Assembly (NCBI RefSeq): GCF_009914755.1
Contig: NC_060941.1
Strand: one strand, 5' to 3'
Length of the DNA: 64,000 nt
From: the human T2T-CHM13v2.0 reference genome, Homo sapiens
Positions 47,996-62,932 of the stretch are shown in pieces; the stretch's first letter is position 1, and every line of letters begins with the position of its first letter. The position numbers were made by a program, and so were the translations under genes. Below the pieces are notes generated by a model that worked only from the letters and a program-made list of their open reading frames with translations, was not told where the DNA came from and did no database searches.

Positions 47996-49879
47996 CATTT
48001 TTTTAAAATTAATGAAAAAAAGAGTCCATGCTTAGAATAATCCTGGCATTGGGCAAGTCATACAGAAGTTGTTTTTATAACATGTTTTTTTTTTTCTCTC
48101 ATTATAAAAGTCACACGTGTGTGTGGTTGCAAGGTCAGGTGGCAATGGGTACTCTGGTCCTTTTTCCTGGAGCTGCTGGACCATCACAGGGCAGAGGGGG
48201 TCAGACTTCCTAGGGCGCCTCACTCAGCTGCCCTTGTCCGCCTGGACAGACTTGCCTCTGGGTGTGGCCATTGCGAAGGAATCCTGCCCCATCGCTGACA
48301 ATGAGCTGCATTCTTCAGAGAGGCTGCCCCAGTCCCCCCAGCTGACGTAAGCCCTGGGCGTGGCAGGTGCACTCAGGAGGCAGGGCTGCCTGCTCAGTGT
48401 TGGGTGGAGCCACATGCCTGTCCAGGGCTGGGTCCACCCTGTGTGGACTGAGGCCACCATGTGCACGGTTTTCAGCTATGCCTCATTCGCTTGCTGTGTG
48501 AATCTGGGCTGCAGGGCCTGCTGCTGTGTGCCACAGGCCAGTGCCCTGCAGTGCAATTGTACCTGAGGACCCAAGGTGGCCAGGGAAGCCCCAGGTGCGA
48601 CTTGGCAGGGGAAGCAGGGGCTGTGGACGGATGGAGAGCTGTCATGTGGAAAGGCAGTGTGTCCCCAGGCCGTGGCCCAGCCTCCAACACCCCCAAGTCC
48701 CCTCCAGGCCTCTCCAGACCAGGCCCACCACATACTGCCTGTGCAACCTCGGGTGAGTGACCTCACCTCTCCAAGCCTCAAAGTCCTGATCCCCATTGGG
48801 AGGGTGCAGTCAGAGGGTGAGTCTGAGCCCCCTGGGGCCTGGCAGGCTCTGTATGCATGGCAGCCACCTGCCCACACTCACCCCAGACATCTGCTCATTC
48901 CAGAAACCTCCTGGGAACATCCACCATATGCCAGGCATAGTGTCAGACAGGAGGGGACAGAGAAAAACAAGATCAACAACCGCCCTGCCCTTGTGGAGCT
49001 GGCGTTCTAGTACCGGAGACAAAACAAGGTGCTTCCAAGGAGGAAGCCGTGCTCATCAGGTAATCCGCATAATCGCTCAGGAGGAGACTTGGCAGCCAGA
49101 TGGAGACGCCACCTGGGGTCTTAGGGGAACAGCATTCCAGGCAGAGGGAACTGCAGCTGCAAAGATCCTGAGGAGGAATGAGTGCCCAGCGTTTGAGAAG
49201 CAGAGCCGGCCTCTGGACGCCTGCCCTAGGGAGAAGGCTTTCCACCTCATTTTTAGGGTCCTAGGGGATCCCCTCCACTGTGAATGCACGAATGCACAAG
49301 GATGACATCGGCCCTTTTATAGAGGGGAAGTTCTTCCCGTAAACAAACCAAAGTCCCTCTGGGGGACTTTGCAACTGAAGCTGAGCCTTCTCTTTTAGTC
49401 ACTCCCACCCCCCAGACCCAGAGCCAGCTGATTCCTCCTGCATCCTGCTCACAGCTCCAGGAAAGCGTCCTGGTGGGGAAAGTCAGTGAAACACCAGGTG
49501 GCCTAAGGTATTTTCCCAGGACCTCAATGTGACTAGACAGGGCTAGCTTATCAACCCTGGGATGCGATGAGAGGGGCAAAGCCCGGCAAAAGAAACTGGA
49601 CCCAGGGCACTGAGGGAAGCCTAGGTCCCGTCTGAGTGCTCTGCACAGGGATAGGAGGAGAGACAGTCAGGGGTTTTGTGAGGGAGGGGATAGGTGGGTG
49701 GTAGTAATGAGGGGTGTTCAAGTCAGTGCCCAGCAACCAAGAGGAGGAAGGAGGTAGAGGGGGTGTCAAGCAAGCCGTAGCTTCAGGCACAGCTGGATCC
49801 ATAACCCTGAGGCTTGGGCTATGATGGCTGTTGCCCAACCCCCACTCCCATATCACCCAGGTCTCAGTCACCTTCCTCT

Positions 49880-50740
49880 CTGTGACACAACAGCCTCCTC
49901 CCTAGGGCTCCTTCCTTCCACTCTTGCCCCCACAAATCCATTCTCCATATATTGTTAAAACCATGCCACTCTCCTGCTTAACCCCTCCCCCCATGGCTTC
50001 CTGACGCCCTCCACATAAAGCAGAAACTCCTTACCCAGGCCCCAGAGACCCCCGCTGACCTCCCCAACCCCACCTCTCTCTCCTCTCCCCTCACTGCCTC
50101 TGTCCTTTCTGTCCCTTGAACACACCAAGCACATCCCCACCTGGCCAGCATTGCACCTGCTGTCCCGTCCCCCGGGTGCATCACCATGTGGCCGCCCCTT
50201 CTCAGCAGGACAGCCTAGATGTCGCTGTCCTCGGCCATCTGGCCCCCAGCCTTCTGTCCACTCCCCACACCAGCCCTGTCCGGCAGCTCCTTCTGTGATG
50301 GAAGTGCTCTTTGTCCACTGTCACCAGCCTCTGTCAGAAGCTACCGGCCCCGTGTGGCTAACAAGCCCCTGAAATGCGGCTACTGCAATGGAAGAACTGG
50401 ACTCTTAATTTTCAATTACTCCAATTACTTGAAACTCATATAGCCACATGGGGCTAGTGGCCACCATTTGGACAGAGCGACTCCAATGTTCTACATGGTG
50501 TAATTTTATTTACTAGCCCTTAGCACAAAGTGACGTGATCTTAACTTCACTTGTTTTCTGTCTCTCTGACGAGAGTATCAGCTTTGTGAGGTGAGGATTG
50601 CCTCCGTCTTTTCCACTGCTGTATGCCGGGGCTTAGTAGTGGGCCTGGCGTATAGTAGATGCTTAATATGTAATTGCTGAATGAATGAATGAATGAATGA
50701 ATGAATGAATGAATGAATGCATGCATGAGTGAATGAATGA
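49880..50740 (+). mobile_element. L2 3' end with (TGAA)n tail, interrupted by a MER3-like element (~50290-50480)
   Basis: cctggcgtatagtagatgcttaat...(tgaa)n; tagccacatggggctagtggccaccatttggacagagc. Confidence 0.78.
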
Positions 50741-51519
50741 CTCCTGGGTCCATGAACTCTGAATTTCTCCAAAAGGAATGCTAGTTCTGCCGGGGATTGT
50801 TGCTGTGTGACCTAAGTCAGGATCTTGCCCTCTCTGGGCTCAGCATCCTGACCAAGGGGTACCAGGGCCCCTCTGCTCCTAAGGCTCTGAGACTTCCTGC
50901 TGCTTACTCTGTCCAAGCTGCCCCGTCTATCCTTCATCCCCGATGCCCACCCCCAGTCTCCCCAGCCACTTCATAGGAAAGGGGCCAGACAGGCTTCCTG
51001 TCCCTGGAGCCTGTGTCTAGAGAGCCATCAAAGCAGGCTGCCTGTACCCGTCTCCTAGCAACAAATGGCCTTAGGAAGTATTTGAGGGTGGGATAAAGTG
51101 GTGGCCACTGTGGGGCTGTGTCCCAAATCGACAGCTCTCCAGTTGGCCAAGGGCAAGTGTTTCCCAGGAGCCAGGCCAAGGCAGGCTGGCAGTCGTGGTA
51201 CATGCACCAGGAGTCGGCTCCAGGGTCCTCCAAGCCTGGGCCCTGCAGTCAGCCACCCTTACCTTCTCGTGCCTGTGCTTGGGGTTCAGAGGTGGCAGGG
51301 GGTGCTTGGGCCCTACATGCTTCTTGTGGGGACCTGTAGGAACCAGGCATGAGGAAGTGAGGAGTGGGTGCTGACTGTCAGTGACTCGAACCCTGACTGC
51401 CCCAGCATCCAACACTCACACGCATGCACATGTGCCTACTCAGCCGGACACAACACACAACTATGCATGCTGACACGCACTTGTGCAGAGGCATAGGCAC
51501 AGACTGCACTTACCTTATT

Positions 51520-51828
51520 CTATTTATTATTTTTATTTTATTTTTAGAGACAAGTTCTCACTCTGTCGCCCAGCCTGGAGTGCAGTCATGCCATCCTAGC
51601 TCACTGCAGCCTCAATTTCCTGGGCTCAAGCGATCCCCCCGCCTCAGTCTTTCAAGTAGCTGGGCCTACAGGTGTGTGCCACCATGCCCAGCTAATTTTT
51701 AATTTTTTTGTAGAGATGAGGTCTCACCATGCTGTCCGGGTTGGTCTCAAACTCCTGGCCTCAAGCGATCCTCCTGCCTCAGCCTCCCAAAGTGCTGGGA
51801 TTATAGGTATGAGGCAACTTGCCAAGCC
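51520..51828 (-). mobile_element. AluJ
   Basis: Diverged antisense dimer. Confidence 0.88.
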
Positions 51829-52770
51829 CAAACATGCACATAGATATGGACACATGGACCTGCATATATAAAACAGACATGCAAACATATACAGCTCAAT
51901 CAGACAGAATACACACACACAATGACACTCACAGACAATCACATAGAAGCCCAGATATATATGCAGTGGGGCCAGCCAGATAGCCCAGTTGCCCACAAAC
52001 ACACATAAATATGTACCATCATCTCACAGATCATATGACATGCAAAGATGGATGCATCTGTACAATTCACACACATATTCACAAGTCAGAGATGCAGGTC
52101 AGACCCCCAGATAAACAGGCCAACATGCATGTAGACACATAACATGGTCATTCCCAGAAACACCCTCAGAGATAGCCAGACCACCCTCTGGACATGCACA
52201 GACACAGACACATAAGGAGATGATATATCAATGACTCTTACACACACCCACGAGTCACAGCCCCTGAAGTGATATGGTGAACTAGAAGTGTCAGCCCCCA
52301 TTCCTGTGGACTCTGAGCAAACCTCCACTCCCCAGCCTGGCCACACGCAGGCACGCAGGCCGGAAGAGCTGCCGCCTCTCCCTGCCCCGGCCAGCTGGCC
52401 GTCCTCCAGGCTTGGTGCAGATGGTGGGGCCAGGGCAGGGACAGCCCAGCCTGTGGCCTGTGTTGCCTGCCTCTTGAGTCCCAGGCCTCTTCTTCTTGGC
52501 TGTGGGACCCTGAAGGCCCCCTCCCCACAGCTGAGTAGGCCCTGACAATTTGTGTAACAACCTCGATTTCTGATTTCTTTTGGAAAATTAAAAGATCGAT
52601 CACGACCAGGCCCAAATCCTGTAGGACAGACGGCTACGACCGAGGCCATGGAGCTGCTGCCTGTTGTAGGAGCATGGACACCCCAGATCACTGAGGCCAC
52701 TGCTGCCACCTGCCTGGCCCTAGAGGCCTCTGAGTGTGCAACCCTGGAACTACATGCTTCCCTGCATGTC

Positions 52771-53456
<686 letters not shown>

Positions 53457-53504
53457 TAATATGTTGTGAATACATTTCTATACTAATAAATATCTACACC
53501 CTGA

Positions 53505-54120
53505 TTTTTTGAATAATTTTTGTTTAGTGATTTTAGATTTACAGCAAAGTTCCACAAAGTTCCCATACTCTTCCCCCACCTTCCCCTAATGTGAACATCT
53601 TACATAATCATGCTACATTTGTCAAAACTAAAAAGTTAACATTAGTAAAACATTATTAGCTGGACGACAGACTCTATTAGGATTTCGCCAGTTTCCCACT
53701 AATGCCCTTTTTCTGTTCCATGATCTCATCCGGCATCCCACATGGCATTCAGTCTCCGTCATCTCCTGAGGCTCCTCTGGTCCCTAACAGTTCTGAGTCT
53801 TTTCTTGTTTTTCACGACCTTGACACATTCGAAGAGTGCTGCTCACGTATTTTGTAGAATGCCCCTCATCTGAGTTTGTCTGATGTTTTTCTCATGAGAC
53901 TGAGGTTATTAGTTTTTGGGTAAAAGATCACAGAGGTGAGGTGCCCCTGTCATTGTATCAGGGGGTACCCAGTAGCCACAAGACTTACCACCAGCGATGT
54001 TGAGGGAGCATCTGCTGAGTTTCTTCACTGTAAAAGGACTGTTTTTCTTCTTTCCATAGTCCATTAGAGGATGAGGATGAAGTTCTGCCTCTTGGAAGCG
54101 GTGGTTATCTATGTGTATTA
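53505..54120 (-). mobile_element. L1MC 3' end
   Basis: ttttagatttacagcaaagtt...catttgtcaaaactaa...tattttgtagaatgcccctc. Confidence 0.72.
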
Positions 54121-54292
54121 TTAGAATCTGATTTTACATGACAGAACAATGTTTCATTTTATGGATCTGCCCTCATTTATTTAGCCAGTACCCTAATGTC
54201 ACACACTTCCATGACTTTCAGCTTTTCTTTTACAAACAAAGCTGCAAACCACAGCAGGAGCTCAACTTCAAATTCAAAAAAAATTGTGGTTT

Positions 54293-54594
54293 GTTTTTTT
54301 TTCTTTTGAGATAGGGTCTTGCTCTGTCATCCAGGCTGGAGTTTTAGTGATGTGATCACAGCTCACTATAGCCTTGAAATCCTAGGTTCAAGCAACCCTC
54401 CTGTCTTGGCCTCCCAAGTAGTTAGAATTATGGGCATGAGCCACCATGCCTGGCTAATTTTTAAAAAATGTTTTTGTAGAGATGGGGTATTGCTATGTTG
54501 CTCAGGCTGGTCTGGAACTCCTGGCCTCAAGCAATCCTCCTGCCTCAGTCTCCCAAAGTACTAGTATTACAGATGTAAGCCACCACATCTGGCC
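54293..54594 (-). mobile_element. AluJ
   Basis: Diverged antisense dimer. Confidence 0.88.
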
Positions 54595-54646
54595 TCAACA
54601 AATAGTTTTCAAACAACTTCTCTGTAACAGACACTGCACACTCTAG

Positions 54647-54825
54647 TGAACAATGTTTGTATACCTCTTCAATGTTCTTTTTTCTTCTTAGAATAAATTC
54701 ACAGGTTGGGATTACTAGGGCAAAAGGTAAGCACATTGTTAAGGCTCTTGATAAGTATCACTAAACAAAGCTCCAGGAAACTTGTACTAATCTGCTCTTT
54801 GGATTGACAATTTTATCTTTTTCAG
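54647..54825 (-). repeat. Inverted duplication, right arm
   Basis: See left arm; ORF track shows paralogous peptides [19 protein letters not shown] and MCLPFALVIPTCEFILRRK. Confidence 0.9.
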
Positions 54826-56313
54826 CCTTTTTTTTCTTATTACAAAAATAATTTCTGTTTTTAGGAGATAACTGGAAATCACTCACTGGGCATTTAATGA
54901 TATTAAAGAATTATTGTTTTTTTAGGTATGATAATGGTATTGTGGCTACTTTTTGAAAATAGTTCTTATCTTTTACAGACACACACAGTAGATGAGGGAG
55001 TATGGTTGAAACAAGACTTGTCCTGAGTTGATATGGAAGCTGGGTAATGGATACATCCACCTTCATTATATGATTTTCTCTATATTAGTAAGAAAACAAA
55101 AGCTTTTATTAAAAATTTTAAACATGATATAAATCTCTAGCTTAAGTGTGAGTCCCCATTCTTTCACCTCCCAGGGTTAACTGCAATGAACGGTTAGGTG
55201 TATGTGCCCCTGACCTTCTCCATGTAAACACTAACTGTGAATATTGCTAACACACACACTCTTAAAACAAGGATGAGCTACTACAATGCACACCATTTCT
55301 CCAACAGCTTTTCACTTCACCATATTTTGAGATGGATGGCCACGTCAACACTATCTCAGTCTTTAACAACTAGCCCCATGGTACTCCCCTGTATCAAAGA
55401 GCCATAATTTATTCATCCGATCCTCTAATGATAGACAATTGGAGTATCTCCAATTTTTGCTATTAAGAACAATGATGGAATGAACATCCTTGTACATAAT
55501 ATCTGTGTACCTGTGTGAGCAATTTTACAACCTATCTTTCTAGAAGTGGAATCACTATGTCAAAGTGGTCACAGACTTAAAATTTAAATAACATGTCCAA
55601 CTTGCCCTTCTGGTGGACTTTCTGTGTCAAGTGCACTACATTCTCTCCTAGTGCACATCTGGAGACTATTGTCATTTGGTGCCTGCTGTAGAAAAGCCTC
55701 ATGGCGTCACAGCTGGAAAGGGCCTCCGAGATCTTGTGGTCTTGCTTCCAGGGAAGGGTGGGGCCCAGCCCCCGATGCTGTCAGGGCCACGTGCAGCTCC
55801 CTGGGCTGGAGGTTGTGTAGAGCAGTGCTCACGAAGATACTGCCCATGTCTGAATCCCAGGCTTACCATTTACTGTTGTATGACCTTGAATACTTGCCTT
55901 GTCCGTGCCTCAGTTTTCTCATCTGTAAGCTGAGGATAATACTAATTCTGGGGTGGCAACTGGAAAGGGGTTAGGAGATTTTTCTTGAAGCTACATTAAC
56001 AAAGTATATATTTATTTGGGGTGGCTTTCAGGGGATTGATGGATGATGGGGGGTGGGCACTAAGGACTCCCATCAGACACCACCAGCGCTGCCAGAGCTA
56101 ATTTCAAATGATGACAGCTGGACTTAGTGAGATTCGACGTGACGAATGCCCAGCACACGGCACACAGCCTGGCACACTGTCAGTGCTCGATGGTTGTGAA
56201 TTCTTGAATGCTGACAGGTGCTGTCTGGGACAGGGAGACCAACATTTCAGAGAGACTGTCCAGGAGAGGGAGGCCCGAGCAACAGGAAAAGAGGGGACCC
56301 AAGAAACAGCCTA

Positions 56314-56503
56314 ATCCAGCCCGCCACTTACTACTTAAATAAAGTTTGATTGTAACACAGCTGCGCCCCTTCATTATGTAATGTCTATGGATGCTTGCAC
56401 TTGACAATATCAAAGCTGAGTAGTTTCGACAGAGACCATATGGCCTGACAAGGCTAAAATATTTAGTATCTGGCCCTTTACAGAAAAAATCTGCCAACCC
56501 CTG
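56314..56503 (+). mobile_element. MER58A-like hAT element
   Basis: aaataaagtttgattgtaacacagc...tctggccctttacagaaaaaatctgccaacccctg. Confidence 0.82.
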
Positions 56504-56637
56504 GCATAGGGGTTATAGGCATACTAATACATGCTGATAGTTCTTGAGCTCACACCGTGTTTCAGGGACTGTTCTAAGCACGTCACATATATAAATTTCT
56601 TTAGTCCTCACAATACTCGTATGACATGGCTACTATT

Positions 56638-57093
56638 TATGGTAGCTAGTCTCAATGGTGGCCCCAGTGAACCACGTCTCCTGGGGCTGACGCCTCTGTG
56701 GGCCCCCCACCTCGAGTCTGGGACATCCTGTGCCGTGTGCTGACTAATGGCATGCGGTCGAGTGCCAGGCCTGGCATTAAGGAGGATGGGTACTTCTGCT
56801 TCTTTGCTCTGGGGAACACTGAGGTGCTGCACGCAGAGCAGAAGGGGAAGCCATGGGGAAAGGAGAGGCTCTGAGGCTGCAAGGAAAGGACGAAGGTCCA
56901 GCCAGCCCTGTCTCAGTCCAGCCTCCAGTGACCTCACCCAGCTACCATGCAGCCACACTTACAGCAAGCAAGACCAGCAGGACTGCCGGGCAGAGCCCAG
57001 TCCACTCTCAGAACCAGAGAGACAAGAAAATAGTGCTCAAGCCACTCTGCTTTGTGGGGTGGGGTGGTTCTGCAGCAATAGCTGGCTGAGACA
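56638..57093 (+). mobile_element. MaLR LTR (older MLT1 subfamily)
   Basis: ggtggccccagtgaaccacgtctcctgg...aagccactctgctttgtggggtggggtggttctgcagcaatagct. Confidence 0.65.
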
Positions 57094-57231
57094 CACCACA
57101 CCAGAGCCTTCGCCTTTCCACCCTCCTTTATCCAGTGGTTCCAACTCCTGTGTGGTTATGAGAATCCTCCAAGTAGCCTTTACAGACACCAATTAAATCA
57201 GAATATCTGGAAATGGACCAGAATAGGAATC

Positions 57232-57989
<758 letters not shown>

Positions 57990-58140
57990 TTATTATCAAT
58001 GATTAGCAGAAAAAGGGCGAGATGAGAGCCCAGCTCTCAGGTGTGGAGAACTGCTTGGCAGTTTCCCATCAGGTTAAACATTCACTTCCCAAAACTTAGC
58101 CATCCCTAGTCTTGGGTATTCCCAATAGAAATAAGTGCTT

Positions 58141-58443
58141 GGCCGGGCGCGGTGGCTCATGCCTGTAATCCCAGCACTTTGGGAGGCCGAGGCAGGCAGA
58201 TCACGAGGTCAGGAGATCGAGACCATCCTCACACAGTGAAACCCCGTCTCTACTAAAAAAATACAAAAAAAATTAGCCGGGCGTGATGGCGAGTGCCTGT
58301 AGTCCCAGCTACTCAGAAGGCTGAGGCAGGAGAATGGCCTGAACCCAGGAGGCGGAGCTTGCAGTGAGCCAAGATCGTGCCACTGCACTCCAGCCTGGGC
58401 GAAAGAGCGAGACTCCATCTCAAACAAAAAAAAAAAAAAAAAA
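58141..58443 (+). mobile_element. AluY inside an L1ME fragment (~58040-58790)
   Basis: AluY diagnostics; TSD agaaa(t/g)aagtgctt. Confidence 0.92.
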
Positions 58444-59056
58444 GAAAGAAGTGCTTATGTCCACCAAAGACAAGCACGAAGATACTCGTAGCATTATTCA
58501 TAATGGCCCCAAACTGGAAACATCCTGAATGTCTATCCACGGGAACATGGACAGATAAATTGTAGTATTTCCACACAAGGGACTACCAGGCAGCAATGAA
58601 AAAGAATGAAGTACTGATATATACAGTAGCCGTGTGGATTGAATTTCACAGGCATACTGTTGAATGAGAAGAGCCAGGCATAGCTCGCAGCGGATTCCAC
58701 TCATCTATGGTGATGGAGATCAAAATAGTGGTTACCTCTGGGTATCTGTGTGTAAATTCTGCTCCCTAACAGGACACAGGGAAAACTTCCCAGGATGGCA
58801 GTCAGAGCCACAAATCAAGACTTACCTGCATTTGGGGCTCACCTGAGCGGCCTTTTCTTGCTTGCTTGCTTATTTGCTTTTTTGAGATAAACAATATACA
58901 TTGAGGTGTACACAATGCAGTGAAAAAAGCATACAGCCCAGTGAATCTTTACATGTTTACACTGAGTATTGAACTTCATGCAAAGTGCTGTTCTAGGCCC
59001 CTGGAAAGGGAAGCCAAGGTTATGAGACACAGACTGTGTCGGTATGGATTTCATAA

Positions 59057-59423
<367 letters not shown>

Positions 59424-60406
59424 CCATGGGGTGTTTTTGAGCCCCTGCTCTATGCCAGGCACTGAACTAGACAGGGGAAATGGAGTAGCAACCAAGACCC
59501 CACTCTACCGTGAGGGTTTTGGAGAGGAGCGCAACTAATTGATTCTACCTCCTAAACATTTTCCAAATTCATTCCCTTGCCTCCCACTGACCCTATCCTA
59601 GTCAGGCTGCTACCCTCTCTCCTCTGCAGCTCTCTCAGTCCTTGCCCCTGATTCATTCTCCAGATCAGCAGCCCTTACCTAAGTGCTCAGCCGAAAAAAA
59701 TTCAAAATTGATGACTGCCCCTGGCCCAGGCAGCTCCGGTGCTGGCCTGTGTGGGCTCAAATCTTCACTTGTAGGATCTATAATTGTGACCACAGGCAAG
59801 TTCCTGATATGTCCTGAGCCTCGTGTGTGTCTTCTATAAAATGGAGATGAAATAGTATTAACAACAAAAACCATACCTGTCTCCCTGAAGAGGCTAGGCT
59901 TGCACCATCCACTACTCCTCCCAGTGCCTCTCAATGCTGGTCACTCCTGCCTCTCTGAACTACCCAGTGATAGAAAGCTGCTTCTGTTCATGAACACACC
60001 CTTTGGTTTCAAGGCCTGAGACTCTATAATTGGTGCCCCAGTTTGACGTGTCTTTCCCTTCACCTTCTCTGGCTGGGTCTTACTCAGCTCCAGACTCGGC
60101 CTAGGCATTGCCTCCTCCAGGAGCCTTCCCTGAAGCTGCCTACGGGGCTGGGTGCCCCTGTGTGGGCCCCCACAACACCCCGGATTGAACTTCTCTGTCT
60201 CCTGTTTCTGTTTGTCTCCACTTGCTTGAGTGTGGGCTCCTGCCGGGCAGGCTGCCTCTGAGTTGCTGAATGAAACTCTTCTTTGCGCCCCTACTGTGGA
60301 CCCCTCCAGTCCAGTGCAGGTGCTGGATGTGCCTACTGACCTGAGCAGAACATGCTGAGCACTTTAAGGGAGGTGGCCTTGAGGAATGGGCAGGACATCA
60401 AGAAAG

Positions 60407-60409
<3 letters not shown>

Positions 60410-60449
<40 letters not shown>

Positions 60450-60456
60450 ATATATA
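60410..60456. repeat. (TA)n microsatellite, interrupted
   Basis: Read directly from sequence. Confidence 0.93.
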
Positions 60457-60686
60457 TTTTTAAACAAGTTGTACATGCAGACAATACTAAATTCAGCAGA
60501 AACAAAAGGGATTGCAATGAAAATTAAAAGTAGGTCACCTCTCAACCACCCAGCTCCCCTCCCCAGTGGCCACCTCTTCTATCAGTTTCTGAGTATTCTC
60601 TGCAGGGCAGAATTGTCAGTCTTCCGTCCCTTTTTTATTTTGCAAAAATTTAAAGCAACAGAAAAGTTGCAAGAATAGTACAATAA

Positions 60687-61033
<347 letters not shown>

Positions 61034-62683
61034 TTAACATTATGCTACTTAACAAGCATTATATCATTTAATGTTCACATTAATTAATTAATGCCAATTT
61101 TGTACATGAGGTCACTGAGGCACCAGGCAGGTTAAGGGACTTGCCCGAGGCCACAGAGCTCCTGCCTGGTGGAGCTGGGCTTTCCCCCTTAGGCTGCCAA
61201 AGGACTTTGATCTGCCTTCCCACAGCTCCCTTTTGAGGAAAAGCATTTTCTTACACTAAGTTGAAATCCACCTCCCTGGGATATTTACCAGATGATCCGT
61301 GGAAAAGTACACAGCTCTGGAAGCATTTGCTACTTCTCCTCCTAAAACCTCCTCCATTCCCTGAGCGACAGCTGCTGTGGCTGCCACTACCACATGCTCC
61401 AATGTCACCTCCTCCGTGAAGGCTGGGTTAGCTCACCCCCCTGTTTAAAGACTCACCATGACTCCCAGCTGCCAGTGGGATGACATGTGCACGCCTGGGC
61501 TTGGAATACAAGGCCTGGGTGATAGAGCCCTCTTCCAATCCCTCTTGCTCCTTCTTCCCCTATCTCCACTTCCAGCCACACTCAACCCTCTCACTGTCCA
61601 CTTAAACTTCCCCTCCTCCTTGAAGCCACCCGAATTTTTCTAAAGAGCGCATTTCTCCCCTCTCTGGGCTCCTGCAACCTTCTGCCTGAGCCTTTGACAG
61701 CCTTTTCCAGGTTGTCTTTTGGCCAGGAGGCTGGACAATGGAGGACGGGAGTGACAGCTCGGCCCCTTCCTAGCAGAGTGATCCTACACAAATTACTCCA
61801 GGTGTCTGACCCTTCATTTCCTCAAGCACATCATGGGGGAAAGAATGCCTAGCTCAGCACCTGGCAGAGAGTCAGCCTTCGCTCATCTCCCCTAATGGAG
61901 CTGACAGCTCTTCAAGTCCGCTGACATCTTCTCTTAGTCATCCCTTGAAATACTACCCGCTGTTACTTCTCTGCTCCTCAGTCTCCTCCTATGTAAAATG
62001 GGGATGAGAAAGGAGAGGTTGCGAACCTTTAATGAGCGAGCCCTTGGAGTATCCAGCCCTTCCCGACGCTAACTGACTCCTACGAGGGGGCCTGGTACAC
62101 AGTAGGTGCTAAACTAATCCTCTCCGAGCTGGGCTTGGGGAAGATGCCTCCGTTGGGTGTACAGCGTGGGCGCGGGAAGGCGAGCCTGGGAGCGAGGGGG
62201 TTGCAGAGAGGCAGCCTGAGGTCGGCTCCGCCTTCCCCCGCATCCCCCGCCCGGGCCCTGCAGCTGTCAGCCCGGCCGGCCTCGGCGCCAGTCCACCAAA
62301 CCTGAACGTCCCATGCCGGCGCCCCCACCTTCCCGGCCTGCACAACTTACCTTGCGCTCGGCGGCCCTCGGTCCCGCCCCCGACTGCCATTGGCCCAGAG
62401 GTTCCTTTGTTAGCGAGAGCGCGCCAACCCCATTGGCCGGTGGGGCTGCCGATCGCGTCGGGCGCGGCCCCGCCCCGTACGCCCCGGCACCTCCCCGCGC
62501 CCGGCCGCCCGCCCGCCCGCCCGCCCGCCCGCCCCGCCCGTAGTGCGTGAGGCGCTCCGCTCCCATTTGCAGCGGCCGCGGGGCGCCGAGGGCAGCTGCG
62601 GCGGCGCGGACGAGCCGGGACGGCGGCGACCGGAGCCTGAGAGGCGGGCCGCAGCGGGAAGCAGCGGGCCCGAGGCCGCGTCC

Positions 62684-62746
62684 ATGGGCCCGCGGCGGCC
62701 GGGCGGCGGCGGTGCGGGCGGGAGCTGGGCGTCGCGCGCGCTGTGA
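62684..62746 (+). other. Candidate uORF1 in MPRIP 5' leader (MGPRRPGGGGAGGSWASRAL*)
   Basis: tccATGg at 62684, TGA ending 62746; requires the TSS to lie upstream of 62684 (inferred from CCAAT/GC box positions). Confidence 0.5.
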
Positions 62747-62835
62747 GGCCCGGGCGGCTCAGGAGCCTCGGCGCGTGCAGCGAACCGCCCGCCGGGAAGG
62801 AGGCCGGGCCGGGCCTGCGGCGGGGCCGGCGAGGG

Positions 62836-62856
62836 ATGCGGCGGCGGCCGCGCTGA
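62836..62856 (+). other. Candidate uORF2 in MPRIP 5' leader (MRRRPR*)
   Basis: gggATGc with G at -3; ATG CGG CGG CGG CCG CGC TGA; ends 76 nt before the main ATG. Confidence 0.5.
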
Positions 62857-62896
62857 GCCCCTAGCCCGCCGGGAGCGCCAGGCCGGCCAGGCCTGC

Positions 62897-62923
62897 GCCG
62901 CCGCCGCCGCCGCCGTCGCCGCC
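62897..62923 (+). repeat. (GCC)6 GTC (GCC)2 trinucleotide repeat immediately 5' of the MPRIP ATG
   Basis: Read directly from sequence. Confidence 0.9.
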
Positions 62924-62932
62924 GCGCCGACC

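Noticed and set aside
58730-58950. Possible micro-inversion of an L1ME 3' end
   Set aside because: Fragment order does not fit a single inversion; may be two independent old L1 pieces
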